From the IMG/VR virus record IMGVR_UViG_3300027769_000918, positions 27,482 to 91,481 of that record: a DNA stretch of 64,000 nt; one strand, given 5' to 3'. This document shows, one piece after another, positions 52,530 to 60,529 of the stretch. The stretch's first letter is position 1, and every line of letters begins with the position of its first letter. Made by a program: the position numbers and the translations under genes. The DNA comes from a virus. The notes under the pieces are model-generated. The model was not told where the DNA came from. It did not search any database and saw only the letters and a list, made by a program, of their open reading frames with translations.

Positions 52530-54464
52530 CTAGGCAGATATGTCTACTATCTCGCAATTTCCATCTGATGTACATGCAAGAGTAGCATTTGTTGAAGTTC
52601 CGTCTTCTGTTTCATAGAATGACAAATCTTCCCAGCGAATGTCTTTAGGCATTTTTGCAACAAGTGCATCATATTCGGCCTTGTCAACTTCCTGATATGG
52701 GGCCTGCTTATAAGTGTGATCTGAGTGAGGAAGGAATGAAATTCCAGATACCTCATCAAAATGCTTATACACCCAAGCTCCGACTTCCATCCACTCTTCT
52801 TCTTTTACAGATACAGTAATTGATGGCTTGTGCTCACACCATGCACGTTGATAAACTAACCAAGTGTTAAGGTGGTCTAGCGCTGTTAAATCATTTCTAA
52901 CGATTGCACCTTCTGGTGCTTTAACTGGAAATGAAAATACGTATGTGTCATTTGGTTTCATTACATCATCTTCTACTGGAATTCCAACTTCCTTTAAAAA
53001 TGTAGAGATTGGATCTCCTTTTGAACCACGAACTGTACGAATATAATACGGTGAATGCCAAGGATGCATTCCTGAAGATACCCCGACCAATTGGGAAACT
53101 GTACCTGAAGGCTTTACGCATGTAATAGCTGCAGACTCAGGAATCCCAATTTTCCCAGCCTCTTCTTTATTCATTTCTCTTGCGTACTCACGAAGTCCAG
53201 CTAGTGTTGTTTCAAGCTTATCTAGCCCTTGCTTTCCAGAAAAGAACTTATGTCCAAATTGTCCAGTTAATGAAACTCCAAGCAGGCGTTCTTCTTCTGT
53301 ATTATCTTTCCAAATTTTTCTTAAATACTTAAAGTCTGTTAATGTTGATTGCCATGTTCCCAAAATTGTAGCCAAGCGAACTTTATTTGAAACATCTTCA
53401 ACTGTATCCTTTTCACGTAATACGACTTCTGAAAGATTACAAAACTGGTAAGGACGTAAAATAATCTCTGAGCATGGGTTAGTTCCGTAGTGAATATCTG
53501 GATCTCTTCTTCCATACTTGGCTGCTTGGGCTTGAGCTGCGGCCACATTGTATATACCTCGTTCTCCTGATTTTGAGTCATAAAGATTTTTCCATTCTGC
53601 TATAAATTGTTCCATCTCTGGCTTGCGTGAATAAGCAACAGAGTTATTAGAAAGTGCACGTTGAGTGTTGTTTTCCCACCAATTACCAGATTTTGCTGCA
53701 GCCATCTCAATATCATTAATATTAGAAAGAGAAATCATTGCTGAGCGTCTTACTCCACCAACTACTACAACTTCTCCAATCTTGCACATAATGTCGTGTG
53801 CCTCAATTGGCTTAAGTTGACGGCCTGCTGCATTTTTAAATTTTGCAATTGTAAAATCAAAAAGGTTTACAAGTGGTTGTGGTCCTGATGAACGTCCACC
53901 CATTGTTTTAAGACGTGCACCTGCAGGACGGACCTTGGAAACATCAATAGCTGGAATGTGTCCAGTCCAGAGCAATGCTAATAACTCACGGTATGCTTTT
54001 GCCCAGCCTTGCTTTGAATCTTCTACAACAATTACTGTATCTGACTTCTCAAATGAATCTGGGACGGCAGGAAGTTTATTAACATACTTATATTCAACAG
54101 AGAATCCTACGCCTGTTCCACACATAAGAATATACATGGTTTCGTCAAATGAACGTGGAGAGTCTACTGGAACAAATGAACAGTTATATCCTGCTACATT
54201 GTCTCTTTCTAATGCTGCTCCAGATGTCATTACAGAGCGCATAGACGGCATTACATTTCTTTGGAATACACCGTCTTTTAATTCCGCTACAAGCTTCTCA
54301 TCTGGAATATAATTATGATTTTCTTTTAAATGATTTAACATAAAAGCAAAGTATCTATCAACTGTTTCGCCCCATGTTTCACGTCTATTCTCTTCTGGAA
54401 TCCATCTTGCATATCGAGATAACGCAATAAAATTTTCATATGGGTTAGCAATAGTCTTTGACAT
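52530..54464 (-). CDS. nrdJ: class II (adenosylcobalamin-dependent) ribonucleotide reductase
   Basis: 'YNCSF', 'GTGVGF', 'VVVGGVRRSAMISL', 'GTNPCSEI', 'TCVKPSGTVSQL' and a C-terminal Cys pair; no small subunit adjacent. Confidence 0.9.
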   Translation of the reverse strand: MSKTIANPYENFIALSRYARWIPEENRRETWGETVDRYFAFMLNHLKENHNYIPDEKLVAELKDGVFQRNVMPSMRSVMTSGAALERDNVAGYNCSFVPVDSPRSFDETMYILMCGTGVGFSVEYKYVNKLPAVPDSFEKSDTVIVVEDSKQGWAKAYRELLALLWTGHIPAIDVSKVRPAGARLKTMGGRSSGPQPLVNLFDFTIAKFKNAAGRQLKPIEAHDIMCKIGEVVVVGGVRRSAMISLSNINDIEMAAAKSGNWWENNTQRALSNNSVAYSRKPEMEQFIAEWKNLYDSKSGERGIYNVAAAQAQAAKYGRRDPDIHYGTNPCSEIILRPYQFCNLSEVVLREKDTVEDVSNKVRLATILGTWQSTLTDFKYLRKIWKDNTEEERLLGVSLTGQFGHKFFSGKQGLDKLETTLAGLREYAREMNKEEAGKIGIPESAAITCVKPSGTVSQLVGVSSGMHPWHSPYYIRTVRGSKGDPISTFLKEVGIPVEDDVMKPNDTYVFSFPVKAPEGAIVRNDLTALDHLNTWLVYQRAWCEHKPSITVSVKEEEWMEVGAWVYKHFDEVSGISFLPHSDHTYKQAPYQEVDKAEYDALVAKMPKDIRWEDLSFYETEDGTSTNATLACTSDGNCEIVDISA

Positions 54465-54551
54465 TTATAATACCTTTTTCTCCGCCCTGCGGTTTAATTT
54501 ATTTTGAGTGAAGATCCTATTCTACCAAACAAGTGTTTATAGGGGAAGGGG

Positions 54552-55553
54552 TTAAGAAAACTTTTTAGATAAACGATCAAATGCATTCTTAGTCAACTGG
54601 TCCCAGTTATATTCTTTATGTATAGAATTAGCTTGTGCAAAATAATAACCAGAATATGCTTTAAAATTAATTACTGCTTCATACATTTGATCTTCTAAAT
54701 GTTTTGGATCTGGCTTAAACATTTTTCCAATGTAATCGTCTCCTACAGATTTTGGTAAAGTCTCACCTGTAAGTTTAGATTTTAATTTAAGCGGTCCTAA
54801 ATATTTTTCATAATGGCACCAGTCATACGTTGATATTACTGGCATGCCTGTAGCAAGTCCTTGAAGAGGTATAAACCCAAAACCTTCTCCCCAGGTTGGG
54901 TATAACAAAATGTGGTGGCTGTGATATAAACTTAAGAGTTGTTCTTCTGGATACTCATCTGTTATTATTTTAATATTTGAATAAATTGCATCTGGTGTTA
55001 CAAATTCATTATTTTTGTTATACATTCTAGTAGTGTTTGAATTATGACATTTTAATGTAAGTTGATAATCTGGATTATTTCCAAAAAGTTTTGCAAAAGT
55101 TTCTACTGCTAGCTGTCCGTCTTTTCTAGGTGACGGCTCTCCTATGTGTAAAAATTTTATTGGCTGCCCTTCATTAACAACTCTACGCTTAGGAACCCAA
55201 AAATCTTCAATACCGTGTGGATAAACATATATTGGCTTTGTTATTCCATTATCTTTAAATACTTTAGCACACCAATCTGAAGTTGTCCAAACTTCGTCAC
55301 AATGATTAAATCTTTCAACCCAGTCTGGGCGCATAGAAGTAGATTCCCATGGAGTATAACCTATTTGGTATTGCCCCTTATGCATTTTAAAATGTTGAGG
55401 TTGTGTAAAATTAATTTGTATATCTGCTTTTGGATTTGCATATGTAACAAAATATCCTAAATTATTTAAAGACTTAACTATATTTTTCCCAGCGTAACCA
55501 AAGCCAACAGCTGGGTTTAACCCTGCTTTAATCGTATAATAAGATATATTCAT
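54552..55553 (-). CDS. GT4-family glycosyltransferase
   Basis: 'GYTPWES', 'RKDG', 'PTWGEGFGFIPLQGLATGMPVI'. Confidence 0.85.
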   Translation of the reverse strand: MNISYYTIKAGLNPAVGFGYAGKNIVKSLNNLGYFVTYANPKADIQINFTQPQHFKMHKGQYQIGYTPWESTSMRPDWVERFNHCDEVWTTSDWCAKVFKDNGITKPIYVYPHGIEDFWVPKRRVVNEGQPIKFLHIGEPSPRKDGQLAVETFAKLFGNNPDYQLTLKCHNSNTTRMYNKNNEFVTPDAIYSNIKIITDEYPEEQLLSLYHSHHILLYPTWGEGFGFIPLQGLATGMPVISTYDWCHYEKYLGPLKLKSKLTGETLPKSVGDDYIGKMFKPDPKHLEDQMYEAVINFKAYSGYYFAQANSIHKEYNWDQLTKNAFDRLSKKFS

Positions 55554-55632
55554 GTTTTCTTTCTGGTTGACTGGCTTGACAGGCTTACATAATCAATGTT
55601 ATGATTATAGTTCGTTATCTCTAGAGGAGGAA

Positions 55633-56190
55633 ATGCCAATGGAGAAAATAAAACAACAGGTAAGTGATTTGGCTCATAACTTGGTCACAATTGTAATGAT
55701 AACATTATTTTTGTTTCCTGTACAGCCTGCAAATGCCTTAGTAGTAAAACCTTTAGTGAAAACTGAAGCCCAATTAAAGCAAGAAGTCTTAGATAGTTTT
55801 AGTAAAGAGATTTACAAGCCATCTGAGATGCTTACAGATCAAGAGTTGTTAACACTTCTTAAGACTGTAGGATTCGAAGGATCGGGCCTTAAAAAAGCTT
55901 GGTCAATAGCAAAGCGTGAATCTAACGGAAGACCGCTTGCATATAACGGGAACAAGAATACTGGAGACAATTCTTACGGAATATTCCAGATAAACATGAT
56001 CGGAAACTTAGGTCCTGAAAGACTTGAGAAATTCGACCTAAAGAGTAACAAAGAGTTATTCGACCCAGTAACAAACGCAGAGATAACGTATTATATGACC
56101 AATGGCGGTATAGATTGGTCAGCTTGGAAGGGTATGACCCCAAAAGCGCAGGAATGGCTATTGCAATTCCCGACTGATCAGAAAAAGTAG
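55633..56190 (+). CDS. secreted lytic transglycosylase (SLT / lysozyme-like)
   Basis: GGAGG RBS before ATG 55633; signal-peptide-like N-terminus ending AxA; 'AKRESNG', 'SYGIFQINM', 'LFDPVTNA', 'WSAW'. Confidence 0.8.
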   Translation: MPMEKIKQQVSDLAHNLVTIVMITLFLFPVQPANALVVKPLVKTEAQLKQEVLDSFSKEIYKPSEMLTDQELLTLLKTVGFEGSGLKKAWSIAKRESNGRPLAYNGNKNTGDNSYGIFQINMIGNLGPERLEKFDLKSNKELFDPVTNAEITYYMTNGGIDWSAWKGMTPKAQEWLLQFPTDQKK

Positions 56191-56195
56191 GTCAA

Positions 56196-56402
56196 ATGCA
56201 GATACAATATGTATCTAAGTACATAGCCTTATCAGAAGAGGGCCTTGTTCCTAGACTTGAATGTCCGATGGATCAAGGCTCTCTCCTATGTAATCAAGAC
56301 TTAGAGGATAATATTTATTTATATTGCCTATCTTGTGAATATAAAAACAATATAGGTTTAGAGGTATATCGAAGAATAGTAAATGAGGTAAACAATGTCT
56401 GA
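56196..56402 (+). CDS. small zinc-finger protein
   Basis: 'ECPMD...YCLSC'. Confidence 0.55.
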   Translation: MQIQYVSKYIALSEEGLVPRLECPMDQGSLLCNQDLEDNIYLYCLSCEYKNNIGLEVYRRIVNEVNNV

Positions 56403-56568
56403 ATGTAAATGTGGAAACTGTAATTGTGGTCAAGGATTACAAATTACAACAGAAAGTGCGTCGGCGGCAGAAGAGATACAATATGAGTCTTCTGGATTTA
56501 ATACATACGAATGGAAGATGCCTGTAATCTTCCCTAATACAGATGGAGGTATAAATAAAAATGGATGA
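56395..56568 (+). CDS. 57 aa protein with a CxCxxCxC N-terminus (not in ORF track)
   Basis: GAGG RBS; MSECKCGNCNCGQG...; fills the gap between its neighbours. Confidence 0.5.
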   Translation: MSECKCGNCNCGQGLQITTESASAAEEIQYESSGFNTYEWKMPVIFPNTDGGINKNG

Positions 56569-56806
56569 ATCACAATTGCCTGATGGTGCAATAATTAAAG
56601 ATGCTGGAACTATTGAAGATAATCTTCCAATGGTCACATACATAATGCTACATAGAATTTATGACCTTTTGTCTTTAATTGCTGATAAAGTTGTCGGTGG
56701 AGAAGAAGTATCAAAGATGGTTGGCTACCATGAAAAGGGATTCTTGCTTGGACCTGAACCTGCATATACACCAATTGAGGTAAAGGATGAAATTGATGGC
56801 CTATAG
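56561..56806 (+). CDS. hypothetical protein
   Basis: 81 aa, GGAGG RBS. Confidence 0.6.
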   Translation: MDESQLPDGAIIKDAGTIEDNLPMVTYIMLHRIYDLLSLIADKVVGGEEVSKMVGYHEKGFLLGPEPAYTPIEVKDEIDGL

Positions 56807-57107
56807 TCAAGAACAAATGGATTTTGCCCATAAAGTCGTTGTTAGACTTATGGAAATTTTAAAGGTATGTCCTAATGTTGATGACAAGTATCGTTGCCAC
56901 ACCCCTACACAAAAACCACATCAGAGGTGTGTAGACTTAATGGTACTTCTTGCTGAAATAACAAACCTGCCTGAATATCTTGTGTATCTTGGAAACAATG
57001 AAGAGACTAAAGTAGATCCATATGGATGGATTCTTGCTTATCCTCCAGCTGAAGCAATTGTTCAAGGTGAATTAAATAATGATACAAAAGTAGTTGACTT
57101 AGAATAA
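56787..57107 (+). CDS. hypothetical protein
   Basis: 106 aa, last gene of the plus-strand operon. Confidence 0.55.
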   Translation: MKLMAYSQEQMDFAHKVVVRLMEILKVCPNVDDKYRCHTPTQKPHQRCVDLMVLLAEITNLPEYLVYLGNNEETKVDPYGWILAYPPAEAIVQGELNNDTKVVDLE

Positions 57108-57122
57108 AACATATTCTACAAT
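57094..57122 (+). promoter_or_regulatory. sigma-A-type promoter
   Basis: TTGACT-17 bp-TACAAT. Confidence 0.7.
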
Positions 57123-57128
57123 AAAGAT

Positions 57129-57226
57129 GTGTAGGTTAGAGACACCACCATGTCTCCCTATATAATGTGTAGCAATACACTAGAAAAGCCCATTCGGATC
57201 CGCCTCTGAATGGGATTTTTTCTTTT
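57129..57226 (+). ncRNA. candidate ~100 nt three-hairpin small RNA
   Basis: Own promoter, three stem-loops (loops CCACCA, GCAA, TCCGCC), ends in a U-tract; no credible ORF. Confidence 0.55.
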
Positions 57227-57446
57227 ATAAATATATAATACATATAATACGGACAATATAGACATATAGTGCAAAAAGTGCGAAAAAAGTGCGCCGAAAA
57301 TAGAAGCCTCATATAGGGATATGCGATCATTTAAGAAATATGCCGTATAAGCCCTCTATGAGGGTTTTAAAGCCCTAACGGGTCATATTTGGTATCTCCG
57401 ATACAATAGCCCTTAAAAGGGCGGGAGAAAAAAGCTAGGGATTTTC

Positions 57447-57527
57447 TTATATAGCCAGAATAACCAGAGAATAATATATTGCCAAGATAGATAGTAATGA
57501 CCAGATGAATATCTTAGAACTGTTCAT
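57447..57527 (-). CDS. 26 aa hydrophobic micro-peptide
   Basis: MNSSKIFIWSLLSILAIYYSLVILAI; overlaps the stop of the upstream gene. Confidence 0.4.
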   Translation of the reverse strand: MNSSKIFIWSLLSILAIYYSLVILAI

Positions 57528-57657
57528 TGTCTATATCTTCATTTAGGTCAAAATCAAAGATATCTTGATTTCCCGCCCAATTTAAAAATTTAGACATAGC
57601 AAGACCTGAAAAGACTGCTGTCGCAGTTAACATAATTAAAGCCCAGATTTTTTTCAT
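57514..57657 (-). CDS. 47 aa membrane micro-protein
   Basis: MKKIWALIMLTATAVFSGLAM... with an acidic tail; ATGA overlap. Confidence 0.5.
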   Translation of the reverse strand: MKKIWALIMLTATAVFSGLAMSKFLNWAGNQDIFDFDLNEDIDNEQF

Positions 57658-57731
57658 TTGATGTCTTTCCAAAATGCTATTAACAGAACCAATATAGGTC
57701 CAAATATAACTGTTGCTTGGATCCAGTTCAC
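57654..57731 (-). CDS. 25 aa membrane micro-peptide
   Basis: GTG start after the AGGATT motif; MNWIQATVIFGPILVLLIAFWKDIK. Confidence 0.5.
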   Translation of the reverse strand: MNWIQATVIFGPILVLLIAFWKDIK

Positions 57732-57752
57732 ATTAATCCTAGTTGACTAGTA

Positions 57753-57920
57753 TTATTGATTAAGTCCAGCTGCTGCATCTCTTGCTTCTTTGGTATGTGC
57801 ATAATCACCAGAGCATACAATGCAGTATTGAGACAATAGACCTTCTGAGTCCATTGTTACTCCCCATTTGTCTTGATCACAATCAGGACACTTAGGTAAA
57901 TTCGTTGATATGTTATTCAT
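57753..57920 (-). CDS. 55 aa zinc-ribbon protein
   Basis: CPDC...CIVC; TGGTATAAT ends 7 nt upstream (leaderless). Confidence 0.55.
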   Translation of the reverse strand: MNNISTNLPKCPDCDQDKWGVTMDSEGLLSQYCIVCSGDYAHTKEARDAAAGLNQ

Positions 57921-57944
57921 ATTGTTATTATACCACCTTTCAAG

Positions 57945-58019
57945 TAGGGATACTGGGATTTGAACCCAGAGTCGTTTGTATATAAGACAAATGCTTTAAC
58001 CAGATTAAGCTATATCCCC
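57945..58019 (-). tRNA. tRNA-Ile (anticodon UAU)
   Basis: GGGGATA acceptor stem, GCTT/AAGC D-arm, TTTGT-CTTATAT-ACAAA anticodon arm, CTGGG-TTCAAAT-CCCAG T-arm, discriminator A; CCA not encoded. Confidence 0.9.
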
Positions 58020-58068
58020 TAGGGACTAGCGTATTCGGTTCCCGCCCTGTCTTATAAACATATTAATC

Positions 58069-58224
58069 CTAGTCGACTACAATATCTGTAGAGTTAGTTA
58101 AAGTTTTCTCAATAGATAATTGAGATGCTTGGCCTTGATCAATTTTACCCAAAGCTTCTTCTTCTGTTTCTGCAATTACCGCCACTTTTACATTTATTTC
58201 GTATACATACAATTTTGATGACAT
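58069..58224 (-). CDS. 51 aa hypothetical protein
   Basis: MSSKLYVYEINVKVAVIAETEEEA...; its RBS and its stop codon both lie in copies of the GTCGACTAGGATTAAT repeat. Confidence 0.55.
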   Translation of the reverse strand: MSSKLYVYEINVKVAVIAETEEEALGKIDQGQASQLSIEKTLTNSTDIVVD

Positions 58225-58289
58225 ATTAATCCTAGTCGACTGCTTTTATAGATTTTATTAAATGTTAATAAAATTTTTTTTCTGAAATA

Positions 58290-58487
58290 TTAGCAATCAA
58301 CGTGCATTACTAATTTGTGTTTTACATGCCAGAGGATTGGTGCATTCTTTGCGATCCATTCTTTGCATGCTGCACACTTTACTGGATATATAGCTTTTAA
58401 AGGCTTCCAGTCATCCTGTATTGGTAATTTCATTCCTCTTGCTACATTAACCTTACGATTTGTAGTCTCGTGTTTGAATCTTGCCAT
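58290..58487 (-). CDS. small zinc-binding protein
   Basis: Probable start MARFKH; CAAC ... HVDC. Confidence 0.5.
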   Translation of the reverse strand: MARFKHETTNRKVNVARGMKLPIQDDWKPLKAIYPVKCAACKEWIAKNAPILWHVKHKLVMHVDC

Positions 58488-58976
58488 TCCGCCAAACTTT
58501 CTATCCGCCAGGACTGCCTGAAGGCAGTCAGTCCAATCACAATAAATAAAAGATATAGTATTTAGTGGATAACTTCCAGAATTTAAGCATACAACCCCTA
58601 TACCCCTTTTATAGAAAAAGAGAACCCCGAAATGGTCAGTGTATAAATCCGCCATTCATCGGTTGAACCATAAGGCCGTAGCTTTTATCTGAAAGATATT
58701 GTAAAATACAACTTCCGTCATCATCGCACTTGGAGTTTAACCCCTTGATATTATCTCCGAAAACTGTCCAAGGGATCCAGTATAACATTTGATATTTTCG
58801 AAAGTCAATAGTTTTTGAAATTTGACAAAATGTTAATAATTTTTTAATTTGTACGATACACACCTTTGGGGATGTCCGATTTGTCCGATAGTGCGCCCAT
58901 AAATAGGCTAAATGTGATGTAAAACACTAATTACTTTTCTAAAATGTCCGATTTGACCGAGTTGCGACTTGATAAA

Positions 58977-58998
58977 TGTCAGACCCCCCTGCTAGAGT
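58977..58998 (+). promoter_or_regulatory. early promoter P1, TGTCAG-N10-TAGAGT
   Basis: RecA-NDp/PafBC-type consensus, upstream of the ORF at 59050. Confidence 0.75.
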
Positions 58999-59049
58999 TA
59001 TACTATAAAGAAAATCAAGAAAGGTTCTTGATAAAGAAAGGAAAACAAA

Positions 59050-59256
59050 ATGTTTTCACTAAGTTATAAAGTCCAATACTCGGACACCGAGTTCTCTACT
59101 TGTCTAGGTGTTCTAATGAATACCGAACAAGATGCTAATGAGTATCTTGACCTACTAGCCCTAAGAGGCACTATCTTAGAAACTAATCTAAGAGAGTTAG
59201 AAAATTACAAGCCTAGCACTCGCAAGGTTTATGCTACTACTAGAAGTTGGGAGTAA
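59050..59256 (+). CDS. early hypothetical protein
   Basis: 68 aa, GAAAGGA RBS. Confidence 0.65.
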   Translation: MFSLSYKVQYSDTEFSTCLGVLMNTEQDANEYLDLLALRGTILETNLRELENYKPSTRKVYATTRSWE

Positions 59257-59261
59257 TACTA

Positions 59262-59375
59262 ATGAACGATTACTATGATGACATCTATCTAGACATCTAT
59301 CTAGAGTTTGGTGCGGATAGCGTATCCGACCCCGTCTATGCTGAGCAATTAGCAAAAGATAAGGGTGTGAGGTAA
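59262..59375 (+). CDS. 37 aa acidic early peptide
   Basis: MNDYYDDIYLDIYLEFG...; GGGAG RBS. Confidence 0.5.
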   Translation: MNDYYDDIYLDIYLEFGADSVSDPVYAEQLAKDKGVR

Positions 59376-59381
59376 CTCACA
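59366..59381. promoter_or_regulatory. CRP/GlxR-type box
   Basis: TGTGA-GGTAAC-TCACA. Confidence 0.7.
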
Positions 59382-59409
59382 CCGACACACCTAGCCCTAT
59401 GCTAGGTAA

Positions 59410-59431
59410 TGTCAGCCCAATAGGCTACAAT
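59410..59431 (+). promoter_or_regulatory. early promoter P2, TGTCAG-N10-TACAAT
   Basis: Exact spacing; upstream of the ORF at 59467. Confidence 0.8.
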
Positions 59432-59466
59432 TTCTACTATAACTACTAACGAAAGAAGAACAGATA

Positions 59467-59640
59467 ATGACTATCACTTACTCAATTTGGCAAGGCTCTC
59501 GCCTACTATCTATTGACAATGTAGCCCACGAAATAAAGGCTATTGACCACCTAATCGCAACACTAAACGCTAGCGAATTAGGTAAGAAAACTAAGTTTTC
59601 TGCTAATGTAATGACTATCAAGACAGGAGATAATAAGTAA
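59467..59640 (+). CDS. 57 aa early protein
   Basis: MTITYSIWQGSRLL...; first gene of a TAATG-coupled chain. Confidence 0.6.
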   Translation: MTITYSIWQGSRLLSIDNVAHEIKAIDHLIATLNASELGKKTKFSANVMTIKTGDNK

Positions 59641-59813
59641 TGATGACTAAATGGGATACTATCCAAGCAGATGTAAGCGACGCTTATGTTTATCTTGATG
59701 AAGAAGAAATGTATAACAAGGCACTAGAAGAAGGTGCTATTGACCTACTAGATGTTGATGATTTTGATGAAGATGAATTAAGCAAATCACTTACACTAGA
59801 TTGGAATGACTAA
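59640..59813 (+). CDS. 57 aa highly acidic early protein
   Basis: MMTKWDTIQADV...DVDDFDEDELSKSLTLDWND. Confidence 0.6.
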   Translation: MMTKWDTIQADVSDAYVYLDEEEMYNKALEEGAIDLLDVDDFDEDELSKSLTLDWND

Positions 59814-59968
59814 TGATTACAGATGGACTAGAGTTATACATAACTACCGACTACGGAATAGAGTTAGATAGTTTTCTAGGGGCTATCTACCTACCTTGGC
59901 ACACTATCGCTATTGCTACCGCCCTACTAATTGCCTACAAGATTTACAAGAGAAAGAAGAATAAGTAA
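59813..59968 (+). CDS. 51 aa membrane protein
   Basis: Hydrophobic segment followed by KIYKRKKNK. Confidence 0.55.
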   Translation: MITDGLELYITTDYGIELDSFLGAIYLPWHTIAIATALLIAYKIYKRKKNK

Positions 59969-60078
59969 TGACTACTAATCGCCTACTAACTACCGCCGTC
60001 CAATTACTACTAGCGGGCGTAACTATTCCGCTACTAATTGCCGTAATAAAAGACATAAAAGAAAACGGGTTAAACTAA
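59968..60078 (+). CDS. 36 aa membrane peptide
   Basis: MTTNRLLTTAVQLLLAGVTIPLLIAVIKDIKENGLN. Confidence 0.55.
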   Translation: MTTNRLLTTAVQLLLAGVTIPLLIAVIKDIKENGLN

Positions 60079-60272
60079 TGAAATCACAATTAGAAAAAGA
60101 TTTAGAAATAAAAGAAAGCTTTATAGATTTACTAAATGACATTTATCCAACTGTAAAAATCGGTTACTCAACTTTTACACCCGCCGAAATCTTAGAGTGT
60201 TGCGATCCCGTTGCGTTTGCGATTGGGCTAGTAGAGCACGAAGATTATTTAGCAGAATTAGAAAATGAATAA
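60078..60272 (+). CDS. acidic early protein
   Basis: 64 aa, TAATG-coupled. Confidence 0.65.
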   Translation: MKSQLEKDLEIKESFIDLLNDIYPTVKIGYSTFTPAEILECCDPVAFAIGLVEHEDYLAELENE

Positions 60273-60409
60273 ATAAAAACGGCGTGTCGGCTTGACAAAG
60301 TCGACAATGCCCGCAAGGGTGCGGCGTCGGGCGTGTCGTTACGACATTGTTATAAAATCCCTCGAATTTTGCGGCGTGTCGATTTGACAGACAATTCGGA
60401 CATTTTGCG

Positions 60410-60425
60410 TGTGATGTTTATCACA
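60410..60425. promoter_or_regulatory. CRP/GlxR-type box
   Basis: TGTGA-TGTTTA-TCACA. Confidence 0.7.
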
Positions 60426-60472
60426 AAGCCCACGCTCCAAATACTGAGACAAACCCTTGCCAAATTGGAAAA

Positions 60473-60494
60473 TGTCAGTGCGTTCGTGTATAAT
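60473..60494 (+). promoter_or_regulatory. early promoter P3, TGTCAGTG-N8-TATAAT
   Basis: Matches the TGTCRgtg-N8-TAnnnT core. Confidence 0.8.
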
Positions 60495-60529
60495 TCCATA
60501 CATAACAACAAACGAAAGAAGGTCTGCCA

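Noticed and set aside
52530-54464. Intein or intron in the ribonucleotide reductase
   Set aside because: Continuous 644 aa ORF of normal size with no splicing motifs seen.
54465-54551. Cobalamin riboswitch or NrdR box upstream of nrdJ
   Set aside because: The leader is too short and has only a small CCGC/GCGG hairpin; no recognisable consensus.
55554-55632. c-di-AMP (ydaO) riboswitch upstream of the muralytic enzyme
   Set aside because: Only about 80 bp, occupied by divergent promoter and RBS elements; no room for the aptamer.
59000-60300. Stop-codon reassignment, suggested by short ORFs and abundant TAG/CTA
   Set aside because: The region tiles completely with standard-code micro-ORFs coupled by TAATG overlaps, and long genes elsewhere use the standard code.
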